A stretch of 64,000 bases of DNA from Oikopleura dioica. Lineage: Eukaryota > Animalia > Chordata. Where the stretch lies: assembly GCA_907165135.1 (NCBI GenBank), contig OU015566.1:8370001-8434000 (forward strand), written 5' to 3'. Shown here one piece after another: positions 24,401 to 34,734 of the stretch; the first letter of the stretch is position 1, and the number at the start of each line of letters is the position of its first letter. The notes beneath the pieces are model-generated. The model ran no database searches, was not told the origin of the DNA, and saw only the letters and a list, made by a program, of their open reading frames with translations. The translations under genes and the position numbers were made by a program.

Positions 24401-27400
24401 TGAATGCTGTGAACAAAGTGCGGCTTTTGCCGAAGCAATAAGCGATGCCGGAATTCTCATTCGACCCGACGCTCTTCTGCGTAAGTCGATTTGCAACCGC
24501 GCCGAACAAAGTATGGAAGAAAGGAGGAAATGTTGGGACAGGGATTGTCCAACCTGCAAAACAGAGCAGTATGTACGACAGAATGTAGAGGAATTACTGG
24601 CGGAAATCCATCCTGATACGCAGATCACATGGACTGAATACAAAAATGGCCAGTTTGGTCCAGAAGCACATGAAAAGGTCGCCCAGAAAAATGAGTTCAT
24701 CGTCAAGCTTGTTGCGTACCTTCACAACGGTCAAAACGGATGCGGCGCGGGACCTCGACCTGTCACACATCTAGAGATGCGAAAACAGTCGAAAGAATTC
24801 CTTGCCTCGCTGAAGGATGCTGCTAAAAATCGCCGCCTTATGATGTTTACTGCAGATTTCGGTAGATTTATACTAAACGAAATGTATCTAATTGATTCTT
24901 AGCTATGGGTATCCAACAGAGGCTGCCTGTTGAAAATGCAGCGATGCACTGGAACCCTGCAAGCTGGCCAGTTTTATCAGCTGTTTCTTACTTTGGCGAC
25001 AGCAAAGTTTACGGTCACATCCTTGCAGAGCTCAATACCGCGAAAAGCCTTATGGTTGTCGATGGTTACAAAAGGCTTCTGGCTTCAATTGTGCGGGATA
25101 ATCTTTTGGGATTCGATGAGGACGCGAAGCCAAGGACGTTGATATTAGAATCCGATGGCGCTGAGAAGGTTGTCAAATATAAAGAAAGCAGTAGTTAACG
25201 ATTTTATTTTCAGGAATTTTGGACTGCTATTCTTTGGCGTCAGATTCCGGCGATGATGGAAGAGTTGAGGGAGGAAACAGGGTGGAGTCCGGATAACCTC
25301 ATCGTTTGCAAGAGAATTAAAGGCCACGGCAAGGGGGTTAGTCTAATAAAGTTAAAACTTTTTTCACGCGTGCACCTTAGGAGGTCGACGCATCTCATTC
25401 TGCGATAAAGAGAGATGTCAGGCGCGCGATGGAGCTACGAGGTGTTGAAAGACAGAACGCTGCCCGTCGGAGAGCTGGATTTGAGTAAGAGAACGCATGT
25501 GATTAGCCTATTTTCAATTATTTAGGTCGGCCGATGAGATAATGAATTATCTTGTGGGATTGCCGGCGTATGGAGAGCTTGAGGATCGACCCGAAGATGA
25601 AACAGGATTCAGACTTCGCGGTCGTCTTGTTGAGGTTACAAATCCAGAGGGACAAGTACAACCCGGACAGAGAGGCATCCTTGGATCCCGAAGAGTCTTT
25701 TTCGTGAGATTCTTAAAGGAGAATGGGCGATTTCGGGAAGATTTTATTGACGTGAGGCGTCACTGTTGCCTGTGTGAACACTGCCTACAAGGTTCTTTCT
25801 GTGACACCGATTGGGAAAGAAAGAGTCTTGCTTAATACGAGAGTGCATGAGGGTATTTTAGATTGCTTCGGACCCGACGATAAACAGAAAAGCCGCCCGA
25901 GCTGCTAAAAGCATTGATCGTAGAAAAAAGGTAAATAAAATGCTTGATTAATATGTGAAACTCTTGTCTCAATCAAACAAAAATCGTTAAATTTCTGTTT
26001 AGTGGAAGGCTTGGAAGGTCGGATGGTTGAAGATGTCACCGAACGCTGAACCCTTTGATGTGAAGAGCTTGAACTTGTGACTCGAGGCCCCGGTGCCTTG
26101 CCGTGGAGTTCGCTGCTCTCGGCCGAAGAGTTCTCGAGATTCATCACGCTGCCAGGGTCGCACGCTCCAGGGATCTCGGCCATAGATCGTAATCCAGATC
26201 TCCCTACGCTCATTGTCAGCGTGAGTTAGCTCGTCATCACCATAGAAGACCCTGTCGTATACCACACGATAGATCTTCTGAAATGCATTCGCCAAGTTTG
26301 CCCGCGCCCGCCTAGCCTCCACCGGATTATCCGATACCGATAGTCTCATGTCTATGAAGCCTGAACGGCGATGTTCAGGTTCATATTGCCGACGGTGGTT
26401 CGGCATTGTCCGCAATGGACGGCCTCGAATGCGTGTTCCTGTATGAAGTGCGCCAGGCTTGATCTCACAGAAATCAAGAGCACACTCTTCCTTAACTCGG
26501 GCGCAAGTCTCTGTCAATTCTTGCGCCAGAACATTGTAGTTGTTATGTATAAGGATCCGCATTCTAAACTGAACATTCGTTACTGTCTTGTCTGAGAATC
26601 TGATGAAGAATGACTCGAAAGAATCATTTTCATGGTAAGATTCGAACCCACACGCTTTCAGCCGCAGCCAGCGACTTACTTACTTAGCCAAACTGGCTCG
26701 GAGAACAGCCGCTATCAACCCCTATTTAAACCGAAAAAAATCTGAGCGCGAAAAAATGGGAGGAGCGAGTATTCATGCAAACTGACCAAATTTTATAAGA
26801 TAGAAGGCTTAGCCTATCACAAAACATCTGTGAGGTCACTTGAGTTCACTTGAGGTCATTCGAGGTCATTCGAGGTCAATGAGAACCTTTGTTAATGGCG
26901 GATGAATATTTACTATTTAGACATTTAATTCGTCTTATTACCTTATTATGAATCAATAAAGGTCATTTGAGGTCATCTGAGGTCATTTGAGGTCATGACA
27001 TGCCTTCCTCATGGATAAGTGAATATTTGACGAATTAAGAGATGAAATTTGCATCATTCTGTTATCATTGGTTGTTTTTTGTCATTTGAGGTCATCTGAG
27101 GTCATCTGAGGTCATTTGAGGTCATTTGGTGTCAAGACGATGAATAGTCTTAGGAATTGTAATTGAATACAATGTATTCATTTGATTTCTTTGAAATCAA
27201 GTTTTATAGGTCATTTGGGGTCAGAGTGACCTTGAATGACCTTTGAATACTAATAATTTAAAAAAGACGAGTTTTAAGTCGATTTGTATCGTCTTTTGAA
27301 AGCATTTTCAATGTATAAACAAGATTTCCTTGATGACCGACTTCAGCGAGGTCATTTGAGGTCACCTGACCTCGCCGAGGTCACAAGACCTAGACGAGGA

Positions 27401-28915
27401 CACGCAGCAAGGTCTGGGCTTTCTAAAAATATATAGATGTACGGGGCCTACACCTAAGGATTTCGAATGCCGTTGGGACAAAGTGGGAGTAAACCTAAAA
27501 AAAACAGTGTTTAAGTTGTTAAAATTTTGCTCGTGGATCTATCTTTTTTGAATAGGTGATGAGAAGCAGAAGCGTGGAGCGAGAAGAATGTTTGCATCCC
27601 TTTTAGGGACACTGAGGTTTGGAACGTTTCCAATAATAACCATCTAACGCGCATTTGATTGAAGAACTTTTGATAAAGAGCAGAAGAAGTCAAAATCTGC
27701 TGAGAAGCGAAAAGAAGTCGAGCAGAAAGTAGAAGAGAGGGTCGCAGCTGATAGGAGAAAACTTCATGTGAGTACTGTAATGTTGAATATTCTAGAGCTG
27801 TTTGTTTTTAGGAAGAACGAAAGGAGCTGCTGCAGAAAAAGCGCGAGAAAGAAAGACTCCTGGATCTTTTGGAACAGAAGAAGGAGCTTTCTGAATTGGT
27901 TTGAACCGAGAGTAGTGAAAATTTCGTAAATTGAGCATTCTAGCGTCCCGACTGGGAAGAGAACTTCCACGAACGGAGCAAATATATCCAGACGAAAACT
28001 GAGCCGCACATCTTTTGGAAACCGCGTATTCCAGATGCGAGAAGCAAGGAGCTGTTAAAGAAATCTCAGAAGATTGTTGAAGGTAAGAGATTGCCTATGT
28101 GTTCAGTTTGTCTAATCTGTGACCTTTTCTAGAACAATTGGATGAAGCAAAACAGTCCTGGGCCTCGTTCAAGCGCGAGTTGACAAGCCAGATTGAAGAT
28201 TTGAAGGAGAACAACAACTTCAGCGGTAAGCCGAAAATTTCTAGAGTACCTAATTGACATCTTATCTACAATTAGGCAAAGAGGAGAACGGTAAAGCGGA
28301 AGAAAAGGAAAGAATTCCAATCAGCAAGCGGCTCGTGATCACCAGAAGGATCGTCAATGACAAGCGAGTGGTTATGCCAAAAGAGGATATCAAGGAAGAG
28401 AAAAGGGAGGAAGAAAAGAAGCCACGTGAGTGCCATTGTTATTTGTAAGAGGATGATTGAAATTTTCTAGTGACGAAAAAGAGCGACGACGGGAAATTGA
28501 AAATCAACGAAAACGACGACACCGATCAGACTCTTCAGATAGTGAATCTGATCAGGAAAAGTCCCCAAGAAAGGTGCGCCTTTCTCTAATTTACACTACT
28601 CGTCATACCTGTTTTAGCCAGTAGCGAAGAAAGAAAAGACCGAAGACACCCCAATAAAGGATGTTCGCCGAGTAGCCTCGAAATCGGAGGAAAAGGATGA
28701 TCCCCTGCCAGTGAAAACAACGAGACGGGTTTCGTTGAAGAAAACTGAAGATTCGAAACGGTATTCAACCTATCAATTGTTTTTGGTAACTAAAGAAAAT
28801 TTGAAGGACGAAGAAGGTCAGAAAAGTTTCTTCTCGATCAACAAGAAAAAGATCTTCGTCCAGCTCGTCTTCAAGCGGATCATCTGAGTCATCCTCTTCT
28901 GAGGGCGAAGGATAG
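21476..28915 (+). CDS. PNN: Pinin, with a 5.6-kb transposon in one intron
   Basis: N-terminal exons at 21476-21894. The gene resumes after the transposon with GDEKQKRGARRMFASLLGTL...KSAEKRKEVEQK...YIQTKTEPHIFWKP (Pinin_SDK_memA). RS/Ser-rich tail; stop at 28913-28915. Confidence 0.88.
22825..23185. repeat. About 75-bp inverted repeat arms enclosing the CCAAT array (possible nested MITE)
   Basis: 22825-22900 (GTAGTTACATAAAAACAG...GACTCGAAAATTCGGA) pairs with 23110-23185 with a few mismatches. No clear TSD. Confidence 0.75.
22920..23090 (+). repeat. Six tandem units of about 28-29 bp carrying TGCGTCA and AGCCAATCAG
   Basis: Unit CCAGTATTTTTGCGTCAGCCAATCAGRG is repeated six times, one copy degenerate. 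Confidence 0.9.
23901..25835 (+). CDS. DDD-type transposase (Sola2-like), 5 exons, 587 aa as spliced, no internal stops
   Basis: Exons 23901-24861, 24903-25168, 25214-25336, 25381-25484 and 25526-25835 join in frame through GT-AG introns of 41-45 bp. Motifs: CACECC, C-x(n)-C-x4-C-x2-C, ADF...MHW, ESDG, GHGKGEVD...AIKR, ILGSRR and a C-terminal CxCxxC. An extra 5' exon near 23690-23773 is possible. Confidence 0.85.
25999..26562 (-). CDS. Transposon cargo ORF (187 aa), convergent with the transposase
   Basis: Open ATG-to-TAA frame in GC-richer sequence, with a TTTAG acceptor-like site 1 nt before the ATG. It has only a weak recalled resemblance to STAR-type KH-QUA2. Confidence 0.6.
   Translation of the reverse strand: MRILIHNNYNVLAQELTETCARVKEECALDFCEIKPGALHTGTRIRGRPLRTMPNHRRQYEPEHRRSGFIDMRLSVSDNPVEARRARANLANAFQKIYRVVYDRVFYGDDELTHADNERREIWITIYGRDPWSVRPWQRDESRELFGREQRTPRQGTGASSHKFKLFTSKGSAFGDIFNHPTFQAFH
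26633..26697 (-). other. tRNA-like sequence with Pol III A-box and B-box; not a functional tRNA
   Basis: The minus strand reads GCCAGTT-TGGCTAAGT...GTGGG-TTCGAAT-CTTAC. The A-box sits at tRNA positions 8-16, and the B-box GGTTCGAATC lies in a T-arm that pairs. The acceptor stem does not pair and the anticodon loop is short. Confidence 0.5.
26831..27370 (+). repeat. Subterminal arrays of the 10-bp unit (T/C)GAGGTCA(T/C)(T/C)
   Basis: Clusters at 26831-26880, 26960-26997, 27087-27135 and 27350-27370. Fewer copies occur near the left end (22027-22063, 22161-22196). Confidence 0.85.
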
Positions 28916-29651
28916 TTGATAGATACATCTAGTCTTGTAGATATTATTTGATCAACTCTATCAACCTCTAACAAGGCTAAAAAAGTCCTTACGATCAAGT
29001 CGCTCGTCACGTAAATTCGTTAGTTTAATTTCCCCTTTAAAATTGTTTGAAGTCCTCCCCGATTTTTACGTCCCACCTTGCTCCCATATTCTTCCCCGGC
29101 CAAAACTTTTGATCTTTTTCTAGATCAACTCCCTCTCTTCACAATCAAAAGCACTCTTGGTAGGTACCAGTTTCGAACTAGGCACTGGCCTGGAGAGAGA
29201 AAATTCCAGAGAACCCGGCTGCGTTTCAAAAAGTGTGAAAGCAAATCCTCGGAAAGCCTCCATACATTCAAAGTTGATCTCCTCTTTTCCGAAGCGATCC
29301 ATTTAAAATTTTGAGTTTTCAGCATGTTATCATTTTAGAAAACTCTTGATTAGTCATTTAATTTATCTATGCTGCCAGCTCGCTTGGAATTGAGGGAAAT
29401 GCTAGCTCCAAGGAGGAATTTTTTAGTTTTAATTTTGGCTGAAATCGTAAAGGTCTCATCCGTTTACGAGAGTTTTGTTGCGCCACTAGAAAACCGCGGC
29501 TTTTGAAAGGGTCTTAGAGAAACAGTAACAAAAATTATTATCTACTTTCCCATTAGAGCTCACTGTCAATATGAGAAAAAAAAAAATAATACGGTCGTTT
29601 CATACCTCTGTTTTTTAGATTGGCTTTTCGAAAGAACTTCCCGTTTGAAAA

Positions 29652-31922
29652 ATGGCGAAAAAGGTAACTTTGAATTTCAAACTTTCATGTGCTCTTTGTG
29701 CCAAGATTTGTTTTAACAATTTTTCCTCTCAAGAACCAGCAAGTTGAAGCACTGCAAGGAGTTCAAGATCTTGAAAACGCTCCCGATCAAGGCAGTAGTA
29801 TGAAATTTTATGCAGGATAATTCAATACGAATAGCAATGATTTTCCCGATTTTAGTAGTTAACTCGGTAAATTGATTCATGCGCATATTGCATTTTAATA
29901 TCAAGGAAGATACATATTTTCATGCATAAAGCAGCTCCAGTAGTCAAGAGTGAGGACTACGTCTCACCACCAGTTGCAGCGCGCACTCGCCGAGGACAGA
30001 AAGCAATCTCTCCATCCAAGATTCCACGACGCATTTTGGCACCCAAGAACGAGAACGAGGCCCTCGCAGAGATCGAGGAAGCCCGCGCCTTGTTGAACAA
30101 GGACGGGTCTGAAGCCGAACTCTCTGACGCTGAAGTAAGCATTGCACAGACTACATTTTATCACAGTTATCATTTTCCACGACCCATCCCTTTTTATCAT
30201 ATTTTATTTGAAACTAACATCCTGCATGAGCTTGCTAACATTTTGATAGCCGGTTAACCTATCTTTGCTTTGTTTTTGCCGGCTTAACTAATTTGCTGCT
30301 TTTAATCTTGAGCTTTGAATCAATTATCTACGGCCCTTGAGAATTCCACCGCTAACTCAGGCAGCTCACCGATTGAAAATGCCCCGCGGCATATGTTCCA
30401 CAATCTTATAGTATTTGGCCATTGCCCCTGGCCACGCTGAGCCGAACTGCTCGTACGAGCCGTCGCGTTCTCCCTCCGTCATCGATTTTTTATTATTTGC
30501 CTTTCTTTGTGTTTACTACGCTTCAACGGAAATAGAGGTGGCGACGCGCGCGCTCATTGGTCGGCTCTTTTGTGCGCGCTATTTGAACACGACTCACCCG
30601 CGGGCGCAAAATATCGACACAGGCCTTCTTTTTTCCGCATTATTACTCACGCAGAAATTACAGACCCTTCAAATTCCATTTTGTTTTTATTAATTTTTGT
30701 CAGGGTTTTAGTACAGTAAAGAGGCTAGAGAAAATTATTCTTCAAACAGCAGAACTTGTATTCTATTAGTGAATTTATTAATAAACAAATATGCCAGCAA
30801 AAACAGCAAAGGTACTTAAGCCCTATCCATATTTTTCTCAGAAAAGCAAAGGATCCAAATACTTACAGTCTGTTTTAGAAAGATTACGCCGACGAAGTCC
30901 AGTCACTTACGAATGATGAACTTCGAAATCGACTCAAAAACTTGGGAATCAATGTTGGTCCAGTTGTTGGTATGACTTTTTGTTTGTGAACTATTGCAAT
31001 CTTTACTTTCAGATTCAACCCGAAAGATCTACGAGAAGAAACTTGTCAACTTGATGAGCAAGGCCGAATCCGGCTTTTCAACCGATGATAACGGTGAGTC
31101 CTCGTTGATATCAATCGTTAATCAAAAATCAATGAACCGAATAATCAGCTTATGAAATATTCTTTAGAGGAAGCAACCCCAGTTGGAGCGGAGGTCGAAG
31201 AGCCACCAAAAGTTGTCCGAAGAACGCGAAAGAAGGCCCCAGCAGAGGATCTCAGCCAAGCCGAACCCGTCGAGAATTTCTCTGATGACGAGTAAGTTAT
31301 TTTGTTGTTGCCAGTTGTTGATTGATTTCTAGTGACATTCCAATTGTCCAAAACACCTCCTCCAGAAGACGAAGCGCAAGAGTTGCGAAGAAAGAATCCA
31401 AAAAGGAAGTCGCCCAGCCAGAAACTGTTCCAGAGGAACCTGTCGCTGAAGGTAGACTTGGCTTTCTTAGCATTTCTTCCAACATTCTCTTTTAGAAAAG
31501 CCATCTGAAAGTGGCGATGCCCAGCCTGCTGAAGAACAGAGCGTAGAACAGGTTGCCGAAGCTGCCGAATCTCCAGCTGAAGAGTCTGCTGCGGAAGCTC
31601 CCACTCCATCAGGAGAAGAAGCCGCCAAATTTGCTGCCTCATCCAAATTCTCCTTCAGTTGCAGCTGCTTAGAAAATCTGCCCGTCCACACTATCGTAAG
31701 CTCTTGATAAATAATATTAAAAAGTAACGTCGATTTGAGATCGTCGTCGTTGCCCTCGCCCTCTTCATGGGTCTGATCTGGCACCAGCGAGACGCACACG
31801 TCAAGCTCGTCCAAAACTTGACGAAGATGGCGACTTACTCTTACACGCAGATCTACGATATGATCATGCCTGGAGTAGACGAAGAGCCTGTCGCAGCCGC
31901 TGAGCCAGTCGCAGACAACTAG
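29652..31922 (+). CDS. LEM-domain inner nuclear membrane protein (emerin/LAP2-like) with C-terminal TM helix; two alternative starts
   Basis: EVQSLTNDELRNRLKNLGINVGPVVDSTRKIYEKKLVNL is a LEM motif. The acidic linker is followed by the TM segment IVVVALALFMGLIW. Starts at ATG 29652 (MAKK...) and ATG 30792 (MPAKTAK) both splice in phase 0 to the LEM exon. Confidence 0.88.
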
Positions 31923-33017
31923 AGACACTGTGACAAATTACTATATCTAAATTTATTTGAATTTTTGAACTTTTTTCCAATGATATTTTTTGATGTGTAT
32001 TCCTCCCAAAACCAGCTTACCCTCGCATATTTGAGCCTTTGTCCGGAAGATTTTTTAACTGCGTAATTGTAATTCCTCAAATGCCTACATTTTCATTTTC
32101 ATGCTCCTCACAACAGTGAGTGCTACTGTACGCACTCTCTTGTCGAATTTCTACTGTACTAGAATTCATAATTAAACAGAACAAAGTATACCTTTGCGCA
32201 ATTTCCCTCGAGCCCTGAGTTGTTCAGCTTTTCCTCCTGTATGAAAAATGACAATTGTGCCCATCTAAAATAATTTATTTTAAATAAACTACGAAACCTT
32301 AATGATAATAAGCACCTCTCTTACCTTATCGCCTCTTTCAAAGAAACTCCTCATGTTCCTTTTAATGAAAGTCTAGTTCCGTTATTGTTTCATCTTTGCT
32401 GATACTGCCACTGGACCCGACCCTCTCTCCCCCTGGGCCAGATCAAATCTGGCCCAAGGTGTGGCTAGGCTCTAGTATTCCAAAATTGTGGCCGAGAAAA
32501 AATCTTATTGTTTGTTTGTTGCTTTTACGAAGATATGAATGAATGGTGCTCTAACTAGTTCAAATTTAAAATAACTCACTAACCCTGCTTTCATCAAACT
32601 TCCTTACAAACGAATTATTTCCAACGAAGTACTCAAATAAACAGCATACCAAACACAAGTAAATATAAGCTACTCATTGAGAAGTTGATAACATCCTCTC
32701 AATTTTATCTCTATGTTCATGCAGGCTACGCTAGTGGATGCAGGCACTAGTAAGAATCATATACTAGGGACTGATACTTCCACGATGTTGCGTGGAACCC
32801 CCGCAAGTTGTCCAAAACAACCAGCATCTCTTGACTTATTCACAAACAGCAGAAGGTTTATATATTAGCCAAACGCAGATGATTTAATAATTTCAAGTGA
32901 GCAACATGAAACCAAAAAAGAAAGAACCTGTTGGTTCCATTTCCCATTCGAATGAATATTTGATTGTCTCAACTCAAATCTTAACTTTTTTGTTGACGAG
33001 CTTCTTTTTATCCCAAG

Positions 33018-33515
33018 CAGGGTTCGAAATCGCCTAGGCGAATTCGCCTAAAAAGCTAGGCTAGGCTAGGCTAGGCGAATTCGCCTTGCTGCCTAGCTAG
33101 GCGAGGACTCTTGAAATTTCGCCTAGCCTAGCCTAGCCTAGTCTCATACTGGTGCCTTAGGCGAAGCTAGGCGACAAGGCGAAAATGAAAATTCGCCTTG
33201 AATTTCGCCTAGGCGAAGAAATTAGGCGAATTTAGGCGAAATCTAGGCAGATCCAGGCGAAAATTTCGCCTAATTTTCGCTTTTCGCCTAATTTTCGCTT
33301 TTCGCCTAATTTTCGCCTAATCGCCTAGAAAAATTGAAATGCATCGCGTTTTCGCTTTTTTCGCCTAGATTCGCCTAAGGCGAATTCGCCTAGCCTAGCC
33401 TAGCCTAGAGTCTGTGACAAAAAATTCGCCTAGCTTTTTTCGCCTAGCTTTTTTTAAATTCGCTCTGCCTAGCCTAGCCTAGCCTAGCGACTTTTCGGCC
33501 CGATTTCGAACCCTG
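33018..33515. mobile_element. hAT-type MITE (498 bp)
   Basis: 15-bp TIR CAGGGTTCGAAATCG / CGATTTCGAACCCTG and a perfect 8-bp TSD ATCCCAAG (33010-33017, 33516-33523). The interior is built from CTAGG/CCTAG and GGCGAA/TTCGCC motifs in mirror arrangement. Confidence 0.93.
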
Positions 33516-34734
33516 ATCCCAAGCAAAGGAGAGTTCATCTGAATATCTTAGCCGGGATGATTTGTTCGACATGATCAGGTCAAAAGGCTATATAATAAGG
33601 TAGTGGATCAGAACGACAGGTGCCAGAATCTGATTATACGCCGCATACTCATTTTGATGGAAGGAGAGTAAAATCTGAAGAAGAGGTACGTCTGAGCCCC
33701 AATAAGTTTATCAATTCACAACTTACACAGTTAGCTTTACAGTAAGAGTAAAGTGTTCCTACTGATGAGCATAACTAAGAGCCCTTTGTATGAAAAAATA
33801 ATTGCTCGAATTAATAATTCAGTGGTGCTATACTCTTGACGCGATATCGTCAGGGACTGAGAGGAAAACACGAAAGCGCGCGAAAATCACTCGCGTTTTT
33901 AGAACCCCCTTCTAAATTACACATGCAAAAAGAGAAATTTCTTGGTTAGAGAAAATGGGAGCTAGGCAAGTGCACAATACGCTCAATTTACGAATTTCAA
34001 CGCTTTTCGAAGTGCAGAAATCTTTTTAAAATCAATCATATTTTTGAAAAAATGCTGGTTGTCTAACTGAAAGAGTATTTGAATTTCCGAGAGAGAACTA
34101 AAAATTCTGAATAGTAAAAAATCTCTTTGCTCAATCAGGCATCTATTGTCTCTAGCTGTGTTCACTTGGATTTTTTGACGCGTGCCCAGGATTCTTTATT
34201 CTCTTTTCCTACAAATTTACTGTTTTTTTTATACTGAGAGACATAAATCGACTCATAATTGTGCACTTTTACGAAGCAAAAAAGAGTTTGACTGTGTCTT
34301 ATGGGATAGAGAATATGAATTCTCTTGTGCAACGATTGGGAGCGGAGTTGTTATCATTTTTATTGTCTTAGGAAATGGTTTGAAAAGCTTAATAAATTGA
34401 ACGAGGGCCCCTTAAAAAGTACAAGAGGGAATTAAAGTTTCAGAAAAAAACCTCAAACTCTGTTTTAATTCTACTTAGAAAGTATGTTCCATTGATTGGA
34501 CTGGTGCCAAAGCTCTCTGACTATTCAAAATATGTGAGCACTTTTTGAATGATTGAACCGACAAACGTTCCGACTAGAGACGCTTTTATTCTGAAATATA
34601 CTGTTATTGAGCTACTGTATTTAAATAGTTTTAAATAGTTTGAGAACCATTTTCCTAAGTGTGCGTCGCCTGGCTCTTTTACGATGTTTACAGAGTTTCA
34701 CAAAGTAAGTACAATAGCCCCCACCAATTTTTTA

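Larger units (their letters stand above)
21899..27511 (+). mobile_element. Autonomous-looking DNA transposon with about 165-bp imperfect TIRs and a Sola2-like transposase
   Basis: The left end CACTG-Tn-AGGTTTACTCCCACTTTGTCCCAACGGCATTCGAAATCC (from 21901) is the reverse complement of the right end (to 27509). Similarity extends to about 22063 and 27351. It sits a few nt after a Pinin GT donor. The flanks read either as a TAA duplication or as AAA|TTT. Confidence 0.92.

Noticed and set aside
26633-26697. Functional tRNA gene
   Set aside because: The acceptor stem does not pair and the anticodon arm is defective; it is kept only as a tRNA-like promoter candidate.
21899-27511. Assignment to Spy or CACTA on the basis of flanks or termini alone
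   Set aside because: The transposase motifs do not match those families as I recall them, so the superfamily is left as Sola2-like pending phylogeny.
29078-29325. Three overlapping 60-78 aa ORFs between Pinin and the LEM gene
   Set aside because: No recognisable motif or splice context, and short ORFs of this size arise by chance.
33598-33690. Exon-like segment SGSERQVPESDYTPHTHFDGRRVKSEEE ending in GTACGT
   Set aside because: It may belong to the downstream PDZ gene but could not be linked by phase-consistent junctions.
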